DNA of 64,000 bases from Alphaproteobacteria bacterium (GTDB taxonomy: Bacteria; Pseudomonadota; Alphaproteobacteria; UBA7887): positions 128,001 through 192,000 of the forward strand of contig CBDCGL010000011.1 in assembly GCA_965216755.1 (NCBI GenBank), read 5' to 3'. Below the pieces are notes generated by a model. It was not told the DNA's origin and made no database searches. It saw only the letters and a list, made by a program, of their open reading frames with translations. Position 1 is the stretch's first letter. Each line of letters opens with the position of its first letter. Positions 9,033-18,989 of this stretch are shown piece by piece. Position numbers and translations under genes: made by a program.

Positions 9033-10115
9033 ATGGAGTTCGGTTACTTCGGTTTGATGGGCTATCGCGAGCGCGGCACGTCGCCGCACACGGTGTTCGA
9101 AGAACATATCGAGCAGGTGAAACATGCCGACCGCCTCGGCTTCGACACGGCGTGGTTTGCCGAGCATCATTTCTCGAATTATTGCATATGCCCGTCGCCA
9201 TTGCTGATGGCGGCACGCTGTGCCGGTGAGACTGAGCGGATCAAGCTCGGCCCTGCGGTTGTTGTCGTTCCGCTCTATCATCCGGCGCGATTGCTTGCGG
9301 AGATCGGCATGGTCGATTGTGTTTCCAACGGTCGTCTCGTGTTGGGTGTTGGCAGCGGTTACCAGCCATACGAGTTTGACAGGTTTGGCCAAAATTTGTC
9401 TGAAGCGCGCGACAGGTTGGGCGAATTCTTGGCTATGTTGAAAGCTGCGTTTGCGAATGAGACATTCTCATTTGCTGGCAACCAGTACCGGATGCCGACC
9501 ACCCATATCAGTGCGCGCCCGGTTGACGACCTGCCCGAAATCTGGATTGCTGGCGATCACGAATTCGGCCATCGCCTTTGCGCGCGTGAAGGTTATGTGC
9601 CCATGTTTACCGGCCGTTGGGGCGCCGCCGACTATTTGAAAGAACAACGGCAGCGCATCGCGCGGTCATACGCGGCCGAGGGACGCGACCCTGAAACGGT
9701 GCCCATTGGTGTGCAGCGGTTTATGTGCGTGACCGAGAGTCGCGCTGAAACGTTGGACTATGTCGACAATGCGCGCCACCAAATGCGCCTGGCCTCCGCA
9801 TTGCGCCGACGCGCAGAAGTGATGGATGGTGCAATGATGACAGAAGTGCCGATTCCAAACGAAATCAGCCTTGAGGCGATGGCCGACAATCTGTTGGTCG
9901 GCGACTGCGAAACGATCGCCGAGCGCCTGGCAAATGAAATCCGCGCGGCGCGCCCAAAGCAAATGATGTTTCATTTCCAGGTGGGTGGGTCGCCGCACGT
10001 GAAAGCCTTGGAAACCATGGAAAAATTGATGACCACGATCAAGCCACTGGTCGAACGAGAATTGGGGCCGTTAAGTTCGATGAACAGCAGTGGCGGCTCT
10101 ATTGCGGCGGCGTAG
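9033..10115 (+). CDS. LLM-class (luciferase-like) flavin-dependent oxidoreductase
   Basis: GFDTAWFAEHHF, HPARLLAEIGMVD, SNGRLVLGVGSGY; GGAGG RBS. Confidence 0.9.
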   Translation: MEFGYFGLMGYRERGTSPHTVFEEHIEQVKHADRLGFDTAWFAEHHFSNYCICPSPLLMAARCAGETERIKLGPAVVVVPLYHPARLLAEIGMVDCVSNGRLVLGVGSGYQPYEFDRFGQNLSEARDRLGEFLAMLKAAFANETFSFAGNQYRMPTTHISARPVDDLPEIWIAGDHEFGHRLCAREGYVPMFTGRWGAADYLKEQRQRIARSYAAEGRDPETVPIGVQRFMCVTESRAETLDYVDNARHQMRLASALRRRAEVMDGAMMTEVPIPNEISLEAMADNLLVGDCETIAERLANEIRAARPKQMMFHFQVGGSPHVKALETMEKLMTTIKPLVERELGPLSSMNSSGGSIAAA

Positions 10116-10328
10116 GGTTATGCGTCCGGCCGCAAAACGCTGCGCGCCATCCACCTTGATCACGTCAGAATCGACCTGTTTTCGGCCTGTGGGTTCCCAA
10201 GCAGGTTGTTCCCTATGACCGACACGCGTGGCGGCCGGTGTCAAAACGGAACTTGATCCAGGGTTAGGATTTCGGACAATAGACGAGCTTGAAGGCCGGT
10301 TGAAACGACCAATGCCCAGGGGAGGCGT

Positions 10329-11612
10329 GTGACCATGTTGGACAATGTTCAGATCAATATCGCGGGTGGTCTCAATTTCACTCTACCCAATATGGCGCGT
10401 GTTCGACAAAAGTTTGAAAAGCATGGTCTTCCAGACGTGTCGGCGGCCGTAACCGATCAAGTCGCGCGTGACGAGGTCGCGGCAACAATCCAACCAGGTG
10501 CGCGCATCGCGATCGGCGTCGGAAGCCGTGGTGTCGCCAATATCGAAGAAGCAGTGCGGGCACTTGTCGCTGCGATCAAGGCCAAAGGCGGCGATCCATT
10601 TGTATTTCCGGCCATGGGCAGTCATGGCGGCGGAACAGCCGATGCACAGGCCGGTCTTTTGGCCGGTTATGGTGTTACCGAAGAAGCGGTTGGGGCGCCG
10701 ATCCGTGCGACCATGGAGACAGTTGTGGTCGATACCATGGAAGATGGAGTGCCTTTGCACGTCGACCGACTTGCCAACGAGGCGGACGGCATCGTTCTTG
10801 TCAACCGCGTTAAGCCGCACACCAGCTTCCGGGGCGCGATCGAAAGCGGCGTCATCAAAATGATGACGATCGGCATGGGCAAGATCAATGGCGCGTCAGC
10901 CCTGCATGGCGGCTATCTGATGGAGGAATTTGGCGAAGTCTTGTCGCGTGCGGCGGAAAAGATCATGGCCAAGACGCCTTTCCTGTTTGGTCTTGGCATG
11001 GTCGAGGATGCGTTTGATGATACCGCAATTATCGAGGCAATGACCGGGCCCAGGTTGATCGAACGCGAAACCGATCTGCAGGCCAAAGCAAAAGCGCTAA
11101 TGGCGCGGATTTATTTTGATGACATCGACGTGCTGGTGATTGATGAGATTGGCAAGGAAATTAGTGGTAGTGGGTGCGATCCCAACATCACTGGCCGCAA
11201 TATGCGGGGCGTTTCCGGGTTCGAGCTGCCGCGCGTCAAGCGAATCGTGATATTGGACGTGACCGACAAAACAAAAGGGAATGCGACCGGCTTTAGCAGC
11301 GCCGATGTCATCACGCAACGAATGCTCAGCCGGATTGATTTCTCTGTAACCTATGCGAATGTTATCGCGAGCACCTATCTTGAAGGTGGCAAAGTCCCGA
11401 TCCCCATGCAAACCGAGGAAGACGCCGTGCGCCTTGCGGTCAAGTCGCTGAATGGCATCAAGCCGGAGGACGCGCGCATCGTGCGCATCCGCAATACGCT
11501 GGACCTCAGTGAAATTGCGGTTTCGGAACCGATGTTGGCCGAGGTGCGTGCCGACGATCGCATGGAGGTCTTGGAGGACCCACGAGCAATGGCGTATGAC
11601 ACCGCCGCATAA
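10329..11612 (+). CDS. Lactate racemase (LarA-N/DUF2088)-domain protein
   Basis: GSRG, PAMGSHGG, NRVKPHT, ESGVIKM..GMGK; GGAGG RBS. Confidence 0.8.
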   Translation: MTMLDNVQINIAGGLNFTLPNMARVRQKFEKHGLPDVSAAVTDQVARDEVAATIQPGARIAIGVGSRGVANIEEAVRALVAAIKAKGGDPFVFPAMGSHGGGTADAQAGLLAGYGVTEEAVGAPIRATMETVVVDTMEDGVPLHVDRLANEADGIVLVNRVKPHTSFRGAIESGVIKMMTIGMGKINGASALHGGYLMEEFGEVLSRAAEKIMAKTPFLFGLGMVEDAFDDTAIIEAMTGPRLIERETDLQAKAKALMARIYFDDIDVLVIDEIGKEISGSGCDPNITGRNMRGVSGFELPRVKRIVILDVTDKTKGNATGFSSADVITQRMLSRIDFSVTYANVIASTYLEGGKVPIPMQTEEDAVRLAVKSLNGIKPEDARIVRIRNTLDLSEIAVSEPMLAEVRADDRMEVLEDPRAMAYDTAA

Positions 11613-11654
11613 GATATCGGCGTTGCCCCACGGTCGCTGGGCCGCGGTGTCCGA

Positions 11655-12878
11655 TTAGATGATCATCTGATCTCGAAGGTCCCGGATTTCCTCGGCGGAG
11701 AGCCCGAGAAGGCTGCTGAAGACTTCGTCCACGTGCGCGCTGAATTCCGGGCCTAGCCAGTCGATTCCGCCTGGCGTCGCGGTTAGCCGCGGAACGGTGT
11801 TTGGCACCGCGACTCGCCCGACACGGGGATCGTCAATGAACGCGATGTTTCCGCGCGCCCGGTATTGAGGATCGTCGAAAATCTCGTCGATGGCATAGAC
11901 GGGTCCGCATGGCACCGATGCTTTGCTACACAAAGTCAGCAATGTTTCGCGATCGTGCTCACGACACCAACCCGCAACCAAGGCGTCGACATCCGCGCGC
12001 GCCGCTTCGCGTTGGGCGACCGTACCATATTTTCCCTCTCGGGCGATGTCGGGGCACCCCATGAGCGCGGCCAAACGGTCAAAAATCTTGTCATTCGTGC
12101 AGGCAATCGCCACCCAACGTTCGCACTTGGTCTGATAGTGGCTGTGGGGCACCGCATTGACCGTGCCGGCGCCCATTCTTTGGCGCACATAGCCGGTTTG
12201 AGCATATGCAGGCGCAAGTTCGTCGAGGATTCGAAAGATCGGCTCGTAGAGGCCAACATCGACGACTTGACCTATTCCCGTCTGATCGCGGGCGCGAAGT
12301 GCGACCAGCACGCCAAAAGCGCCAAATATTCCCGATAGATAGTCGGCAAGGGTCGCCGAGCCCGGGATGGCCGGCGGCCGGTCGGGATCACCGGCCAGAT
12401 ATGAAATTCCGCCGAACCCGTTGCCGATGCGACCAAAGCCAGGTCGCTGTGCGTAGGGACCAGTTTGGCCATAACCCGTGACGCGCAGCATGACCAGACC
12501 TGGATGAATGGCCTGCAGCGTTTCGAAGCCAACACCCCAGCGCTCCAAAGTGCCGGCACGGAAATTCTCGCAAACAACGTCGGCGGTGGCGACCAGCTCC
12601 TTAAATAGATCCGCGCCGCGCTCCGTTCGGAGATCTAGACTGACACATTTCTTATTTCGTGCTTCGCTGAGCCACAGCAATGTATCCCCACCGTCCGTGT
12701 TGGTACCCAAGCGACGTAACGAATCCCCGTCGCCGGGCAGCTCGACTTTGATCACCTCAGCCCCAAACTCACCCAACAGCGTTGCACAAAATGGCGCCGC
12801 GATAAATGTTGCGGCGTCGATCACCCGAATGCCAGTGAGGGGACGTGTCCCGGCGCCAGGGGGGTCAGTCAATACCAT
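11655..12878 (-). CDS. Family III CoA-transferase (CaiB/BaiF)
   Basis: PLTGIRVID, GAEVIKVE, RNKK, ADVVCENFRAG, GYGQTGP. Confidence 0.95.
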   Translation of the reverse strand: MVLTDPPGAGTRPLTGIRVIDAATFIAAPFCATLLGEFGAEVIKVELPGDGDSLRRLGTNTDGGDTLLWLSEARNKKCVSLDLRTERGADLFKELVATADVVCENFRAGTLERWGVGFETLQAIHPGLVMLRVTGYGQTGPYAQRPGFGRIGNGFGGISYLAGDPDRPPAIPGSATLADYLSGIFGAFGVLVALRARDQTGIGQVVDVGLYEPIFRILDELAPAYAQTGYVRQRMGAGTVNAVPHSHYQTKCERWVAIACTNDKIFDRLAALMGCPDIAREGKYGTVAQREAARADVDALVAGWCREHDRETLLTLCSKASVPCGPVYAIDEIFDDPQYRARGNIAFIDDPRVGRVAVPNTVPRLTATPGGIDWLGPEFSAHVDEVFSSLLGLSAEEIRDLRDQMII

Positions 12879-12929
12879 TCGAGGTCTTGCCTTGTTTTGG
12901 CCACGTGCATTTCTATAGGGCAGGCATGA

Positions 12930-14078
12930 TCAGTCGGCTATTGGAAACCCATAGAGCTTGCCCGCATTGCTGCAAACAATCTTCCGACGTGTCGCCGCGG
13001 AAAGGTGACCAAGCTCGCGATCGATGAAGTCCCGTGAATCGGGCCAGACCCCGTCGGGATGTGGAAAGTCCGACCCCCACATCACATTGTCTTCGCCGAG
13101 TTCGTCCAAGAGCCGAATCCCGATCCGATCACTTTGATACGTTGCCATGCATTGTCGCCGCCAATAGGCTGACGGCGGAATCGTCAAGGTCAGATCTTTG
13201 AATTGGTCCTTCCATTCCAGATCCATGTGATCCAGCACATATGGTATCCAGCCAATACCGGCTTCACCGATCACGACTTTAAGGGTTGCATGAGCTTCGA
13301 GAACCCCGCCAAAGATCATCTCCATAAGAAATCGTGACATACCAAGCTGGAATCCGGTGATGAACACGGCCCAGGCTTGGCGCTGTTGCAGCTTTGGAAG
13401 GAGAGACAGGTTGGGCGGCTTGCCGCCGATGGTGTGAAAGTGGAGTGGTAACTTGGTTGCGGCGACAGCCTGCCAAAGCGGCGTCCATTTGGGATCGTAC
13501 AGTGGGTCCATGTCGTGGGTCAGCGCGATCTCAAAGCCACGCAAGACACCCTCGCGACCGACCCGTTCGATTTCCGCGACGGCAGCATCTATATCGTGGT
13601 TCGGAATTGGCGCAATTCCAGCATAGCGTTCCGGATGACTCCGACAAAACTCGCCAAGCCAGCGATTGTAGATCTCCATCATCACTACGCTGGCCTCAGG
13701 ATCATTGAGGCGCTGCGCCGCACCGAGAATGCCATAGAGGACTTCGCCCTGGACGCCATCGCGATCTTGGTCCGTAAGCCTGAGATTCGGATCGGTTAGT
13801 CGGCGAATACCGCGTAGGCCGTCTTCATAGAGCCCGGTCGCCGCCATGCGGTCGGAACGATGGATCTCACCGGGGACATAGCGTCGTCCCGCCGAACCCA
13901 TTCCATTTTGCAGGCCAAAGTGGGCGCCGCCCCGGCTCACCCATACGGGCCCTTGCGCGCTATCAGTTACGTGAGGCATGCGAGCTTGAAAGGGTTTCGG
14001 GGCATTTGCCGTAAAGAGGTCTGGCGGCAGCCAAATTAGGTCGATATGGCAGTCAGCTGAAATCACCTCATAATGCAT
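12930..14078 (-). CDS. Amidohydrolase_2 family metallohydrolase/decarboxylase
   Basis: ISADCH, LHFH, EAGIGW, WGSDFPHPD. Confidence 0.9.
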   Translation of the reverse strand: MHYEVISADCHIDLIWLPPDLFTANAPKPFQARMPHVTDSAQGPVWVSRGGAHFGLQNGMGSAGRRYVPGEIHRSDRMAATGLYEDGLRGIRRLTDPNLRLTDQDRDGVQGEVLYGILGAAQRLNDPEASVVMMEIYNRWLGEFCRSHPERYAGIAPIPNHDIDAAVAEIERVGREGVLRGFEIALTHDMDPLYDPKWTPLWQAVAATKLPLHFHTIGGKPPNLSLLPKLQQRQAWAVFITGFQLGMSRFLMEMIFGGVLEAHATLKVVIGEAGIGWIPYVLDHMDLEWKDQFKDLTLTIPPSAYWRRQCMATYQSDRIGIRLLDELGEDNVMWGSDFPHPDGVWPDSRDFIDRELGHLSAATRRKIVCSNAGKLYGFPIAD

Positions 14079-14297
14079 TATCGCCGCTTGCTCCCTTCAC
14101 GAGCACCAGTTCTTGCGATGCACATTTCGGGCCGCTGTCGTCTCAGCGAAATCGCATGCGCACAACTTCGTCTGGTGAAACGGCGTGGCAAAACAGGCCA
14201 CAACCACTACACTTGACCGCCAATTTCCCAAAGAAGTTACAGGCAGTTTAACACACGTTAAGTGCAACGTGGCGCAACGCTGTTGATCTTTGTGATC

Positions 14298-15179
14298 ATG
14301 GTCGATATTGATTTTGAAGCGCTCCAACGCAGCCTTGTCCGCCGCGAAGCTCCCGCCACCGACGGTCCGCCGACCAATGTGCCGGTAGATCACGCTGTAA
14401 CCATGGCCGCCGCGGCTGATGAAGTCGAGGCCTGCATGCTTGAGCTCAAACAGGCCGGGAGCAATTTGGTCGCCGAAGTTTTGCGGGACCAGGGTGAGTT
14501 TGTGCAACTCAAGCACTATCCGGCTGGCGACATCTACGATCCGGAGACTTGCTCACAATACTTCTACCATGCCCATCGTGAGGGCGAGCACGGTCATTTC
14601 CACGTATTTCTCCGCCCGGGGCGCATGTCCGGTGATATCGCCCCCGCGTCGATGCCGGATTCGGTCGCACGTCCACTGGGACGCGAGGCCTTGGGCCATA
14701 TCATCGCCATATCTATGGACCGGCGGGGCGAACCGATTAGGCTCTTTACGGCCAACCGCTGGCTTACCGGTGAGACTTGGTATGGGGCGGCGGAGGTTGC
14801 CGCAATGATCGATCTATTCCGCATCGGCCATGCGCGGCCGTCCGGTCTGACCAATCGGTGGGTGGGCGCCATGTTGCGGCTGTTTCGACCGCAAATCGAA
14901 TGGTTGTTGCGTGAGCGCGACGCAGCGGTAGACGTTTGGCAAGCCGGACATCCGGACAGTGTGGTGTATGAGGACCGCGGTTTGGATATTACGTCCATGC
15001 TGAATATCTCTGTTGACGACCAGATCCAACGCGTACGCGCCGCCGCCGGCTCAGCACCCTGTGTGCCGGGGCGTCGCCACCCACGGACAGCCGGAGATGA
15101 AACAGCACGTCAATTGCCTGATGCCATTGGTTCCGAATATGCACCGGACCAGCCAACAATTCCACCGGATGCCAGATGA
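14298..15179 (+). CDS. Conserved hypothetical His-rich protein (DUF6969-like); start uncertain
   Basis: HYP..D, QYFYHAH, EHGHFHVF, HIIAISMD, LFTANRW motifs. Confidence 0.7.
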   Translation: MVDIDFEALQRSLVRREAPATDGPPTNVPVDHAVTMAAAADEVEACMLELKQAGSNLVAEVLRDQGEFVQLKHYPAGDIYDPETCSQYFYHAHREGEHGHFHVFLRPGRMSGDIAPASMPDSVARPLGREALGHIIAISMDRRGEPIRLFTANRWLTGETWYGAAEVAAMIDLFRIGHARPSGLTNRWVGAMLRLFRPQIEWLLRERDAAVDVWQAGHPDSVVYEDRGLDITSMLNISVDDQIQRVRAAAGSAPCVPGRRHPRTAGDETARQLPDAIGSEYAPDQPTIPPDAR

Positions 15180-15549
15180 ACGATCTGTCGCAAAAAAATA
15201 AGCACAGATGTAATTAGTTAAAAAATCATATTTAGAAAGAACCAACTGAAACCAAAGGGTGGGTCTTCACGCCGTTCTTCCCTCGCCACCGGTATGCGAC
15301 GTTTAACGGCGGGCCGGGGGTGGTGATCTCTGAACCCTTTGGCACAAGGCCGATTATCGCCTAAACTCCCACGTCATGTCGCCATGTCAAAGCCGACTGG
15401 CGAATATACTGGGCGAATGGCACGGGAGAGTATCCACGATATCCAGCTAGACGCGGCCGCGCACGTTAGGTCTATGCGACCAAGGCCCCGCCGGGGCCAA
15501 CATTCGCAAGAGGGTAAGGCTAGCGTGTTCGATCGAGGAGATTCGCGAT

Positions 15550-16020
15550 ATGACCGAAACAACCGTAGCGACGCATCATGATGTCCAAGAGCGCTTTACA
15601 TCGGCGTTGCGGGTATTTGTCGGCCAGGGGAGAGCTTATTCCGTGGCGTCGATCGCCGAGGCGTCGGGTATTCCGCACCGCACAATGAAGGCATACCACC
15701 AAGGCCAGGCGACACCAGGTTTACAAAATCTGCTGTCGTTGGTTGCGGTGTTGCCGCCGGCGTTCGCGAACGCGTTGCTTGAATATGCCGGACTGACCGG
15801 CGCGCATCGCGTCGACGGCCCTAACTTGACGCCACATAAGGTCTTAGCACAAATGTGCGACGAGGCGGCCCAGCTTGCCCATGAATTGTCTGATGGCGAA
15901 CTCAATCACATTGAAAGAGCAGAATTGCGGCGCCGATTGCCTGACTTGATCGCCAAGCTGGCAACATTCAATGCTCAACTGCAAGAACGTGCGGTCCGCG
16001 GCCGGCCGCCCTCAGCATAG
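15550..16020 (+). CDS. Phage-like HTH (XRE/CII-like) regulator
   Basis: GAGGAG RBS; HTH SVASIAEASGIPHRTMKAYHQGQATP; C-terminal LSDGELNHIE. Confidence 0.7.
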   Translation: MTETTVATHHDVQERFTSALRVFVGQGRAYSVASIAEASGIPHRTMKAYHQGQATPGLQNLLSLVAVLPPAFANALLEYAGLTGAHRVDGPNLTPHKVLAQMCDEAAQLAHELSDGELNHIERAELRRRLPDLIAKLATFNAQLQERAVRGRPPSA

Positions 16021-16055
16021 ACAAGTGGTGTCTCAAGTCCGGTTATGGCGGTACG

Positions 16056-17153
16056 TCATAGAACCATATCGCTGGTGGGGTCGATGACATGGGTCTGGCG
16101 CGCATCAATGGCCAGCGGCAAGGCAACACCAGGTTTCGGATCGGCCTCGGGCACGACGCGCGCGCATAGATCCGCGTTATTCAGCGTAAAATAGACCATC
16201 GTTTCCATACCCAACGGCTCAACCACTTCAGGCCTTACCGTACAAACTGTGAGATCAGCACTGCTGGCATCGGCTTGTTCACGGAAATGTTCTGGGCGAA
16301 TTCCAAGGAGCAACTCCTTTCCCACATAAGGTTGATATCGCTCATTGCGATCCGCGGGCAGGGGTAGCGTAAACTCATCGTCGATCCGCGCCGCCATCGC
16401 ACCGTTCGCGCGCCCAAGCGTACAGGGAATGAAATTCATTGCTGGCGAGCCGATAAATCCGGCGACAAACCGCGTGCGTGGTGCGTGATAGAGCTCACCG
16501 GGCGTTCCAATCTGCTCAATTTCTCCGGCATTCATGACTACGACGCGGTCCGCCAGCGTCATGGCCTCGACCTGGTCGTGGGTGACATACACAGTGGTTG
16601 TGCGCACACGTTGGTGAATGCGCTTGATCTCGGTTCGCATTTGGCCGCGCAGTTTCGCATCCAAATTGCTCAGCGGTTCGTCAAACAAAAAAACCTGCGG
16701 ATCGCGCACAATCGACCGGCCCATCGCGACACGCTGTCGTTGGCCGCCGGACAATTGACGTGGTCTGCGTTCGAGCAAATCTGTCAGTCCCAAGATCGAC
16801 GCTGCCGCCGTAACGCGCTGCTCGATCTCGGCTTTAGGAAATTTCCTTAGACGCAAGCCAAAGGACATGTTCTGGTGCACTGTCATATGCGGATAGAGCG
16901 CATAGTTTTGAAAGACCATCGCAATATCACGATCCTTGGGTGGCACGTCGTTGACACGATGGCCGCCAATGAAAATATCACCGCCGGTAGCATCTTCTAG
17001 GCCGGCAATCATGCGCAGGGTCGTGCTCTTGCCACAGCCAGACGGCCCCACCAAAACAACAAACTCATTGTTCGCGATTTCCAAGTCGATACTTCGCACC
17101 GCTTCGGTTCGGTCGAAGCTCTTGGACAAACTTTGCAATCGAACGTCAGCCAT
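16056..17153 (-). CDS. CUT1 ABC transporter ATP-binding protein (MalK/UgpC-like)
   Basis: [30 protein letters not shown]-terminal TOBE domain. Confidence 0.95.
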   Translation of the reverse strand: MADVRLQSLSKSFDRTEAVRSIDLEIANNEFVVLVGPSGCGKSTTLRMIAGLEDATGGDIFIGGHRVNDVPPKDRDIAMVFQNYALYPHMTVHQNMSFGLRLRKFPKAEIEQRVTAAASILGLTDLLERRPRQLSGGQRQRVAMGRSIVRDPQVFLFDEPLSNLDAKLRGQMRTEIKRIHQRVRTTTVYVTHDQVEAMTLADRVVVMNAGEIEQIGTPGELYHAPRTRFVAGFIGSPAMNFIPCTLGRANGAMAARIDDEFTLPLPADRNERYQPYVGKELLLGIRPEHFREQADASSADLTVCTVRPEVVEPLGMETMVYFTLNNADLCARVVPEADPKPGVALPLAIDARQTHVIDPTSDMVL

Positions 17154-17159
17154 AACGCC

Positions 17160-18047
17160 TTACCCCTTGGTCGCGCCCGACGTGAGACCGGCAATGTAGT
17201 AATCCATGAGGAAGGCGTAGATAATCACAGGCGGCGCGGCCGCGAGTAGAGCACCCGCCATCAAGCCGCCCCAATGGAATACGTCGCCCTTGATCAACGT
17301 CGTCACCGTACCAACCGTTAAAACCATCTGATCATCGCTATAAAGGTATGCCAAAGGATAAATGAATGACGCCCATGACACGGTGAAGGCAAAAATCATT
17401 GCCGCAATAATTCCAGGCAAGGCCACGGGTACGAAAACCTTCACCAGCATCTGAATATGGTTGGCGCCATCGATCAGGGCTGCTTCATCGAGCTCTTTTG
17501 GAATCGATGAAAAATAGCCGATCATGATCCACGTACAGAAAGGCACCGTCAGCGTTGGATAGACCAATACCAGGACCCAGTATGAGTTCAGCAAGCCGAG
17601 CCATCCGACGATCTTAAACAGAGGTATGAACAACAGTGTGTCAGGTACCAAATAAGTCAGAAAAACGCCGGTTGCCAATACACCTGCACCCCAGAACCTT
17701 AGGCGCGACAGGGCATACGCCGCGAGAACGCTAAACACCATTGTGATTGCGACAACACATAGCGTGACAATTGCGGTGTTGAGGAAGTATCGCGGGAAGC
17801 TGGTTTCCGTCAGCAATCCCCAGTAGTGAGCAATCGTCGGGCCTTGTTCAATAATCCATGGATTTGTCGACAACGCGGCGATTTCAGCATTGGTTTTGAA
17901 CGACGTGACCAGCATGTAGTACGGCGGAAAAAGAAAAAACACGACGAACAGGCCCAGGCACCCATAAGCTGCGATTAGCGCCCAGCGGCGATTGCGTGCG
18001 CGGCTGGCCGATCGGGTCGAGCCCACCGCTTCAGAGAGTGTCGCCAT
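17160..18047 (-). CDS. Carbohydrate ABC transporter permease
   Basis: EAA loop ELDEAALIDGA; ends GLTSGATKG. Confidence 0.95.
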   Translation of the reverse strand: MATLSEAVGSTRSASRARNRRWALIAAYGCLGLFVVFFLFPPYYMLVTSFKTNAEIAALSTNPWIIEQGPTIAHYWGLLTETSFPRYFLNTAIVTLCVVAITMVFSVLAAYALSRLRFWGAGVLATGVFLTYLVPDTLLFIPLFKIVGWLGLLNSYWVLVLVYPTLTVPFCTWIMIGYFSSIPKELDEAALIDGANHIQMLVKVFVPVALPGIIAAMIFAFTVSWASFIYPLAYLYSDDQMVLTVGTVTTLIKGDVFHWGGLMAGALLAAAPPVIIYAFLMDYYIAGLTSGATKG

Positions 18048-18982
18048 CAGATCTCCATCGCGCGCTTGCGCACATTCCGCAGGATCACAAAAGCCAAAAT
18101 CGCCAGAACCGGGAACATGAACAGCGAAACTGACGCGCCCAGCGGAATGTCTCCCGATTCTATCCCGACACGGAAGGCGTAGGTTGCGAACAGATGCGTC
18201 GTATTGCGTGGTCCGCCTTGCGTCAATACGCGCACAATATCGAAATTGGCCAAGGTCACGATGATCGAAAACAAGACCGTGATCGCAATGATATTGCGCA
18301 TCATCGGCAGCGTAACATGGAACAGGCGCTGCCAGGCATTGGCCCCATCGATCGCGGCGGCTTCGTAGAGTTCCTCCGGGATCGACTTAAGCGCCGCCAA
18401 ATACATGATCAGGAAAAACGGCGCGCCGAACCAAACATTGACCAAGATGACCGAAAAACGCGCCCAAAATGTGTCACTCAACCACGGTATCGCGGGCATG
18501 GCCAACTCTGCCAGAATCCAGTTTACGGCACTGTATGTCGGTTCAAAAAGCCACCACCATCCAAGCGTCGAAAGCGCCGGCGGAATCACCCAGGGAATCA
18601 GCAGCATGCCACGCCATTTGCGTTGCCCCTTGCTAGGGATCGTGTTGATGGCGTGTGCGGCGATCAAACCAATCAAGGCTTTGAACAAGACCGCGGCCAG
18701 CGCGAAGATGATCGATTGCTGAACCACGAGCCAAAAAGTCTTGCGCTTGAAAAGGAACAGGAAATTGTCGAATCCGACAAATTCCGTCTCCGCCTTGTTC
18801 AACGTCGCGAGAAACATCGAATAGACGGCCGGATACGCGACCAGCCCCAGGATTACAGCCAAGAGCGGCACACACATGAGCACGCCGATGGTCGATTTTC
18901 GCCTCAATGCACGGCGCGCCCAACCTCCGGCCGGTCGGCGCTCGCCGACAGCAACGTCAATGCTTTCGACAGTCGTAGCCAT
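18047..18982 (-). CDS. Carbohydrate ABC transporter permease
   Basis: ELYEAAAIDGA, LTQGGP. Confidence 0.95.
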   Translation of the reverse strand: MATTVESIDVAVGERRPAGGWARRALRRKSTIGVLMCVPLLAVILGLVAYPAVYSMFLATLNKAETEFVGFDNFLFLFKRKTFWLVVQQSIIFALAAVLFKALIGLIAAHAINTIPSKGQRKWRGMLLIPWVIPPALSTLGWWWLFEPTYSAVNWILAELAMPAIPWLSDTFWARFSVILVNVWFGAPFFLIMYLAALKSIPEELYEAAAIDGANAWQRLFHVTLPMMRNIIAITVLFSIIVTLANFDIVRVLTQGGPRNTTHLFATYAFRVGIESGDIPLGASVSLFMFPVLAILAFVILRNVRKRAMEI

Positions 18983-18989
18983 AATGGCC

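Noticed and set aside
14248-14261. CtrA box
   Set aside because: Spacing is TTAA-N6-TTAA, not the N7 consensus
15315-15365. SAM-II/SAM-alpha riboswitch suggested by GTGGTGAT
   Set aside because: It lacks the rest of the consensus and no methionine gene lies downstream
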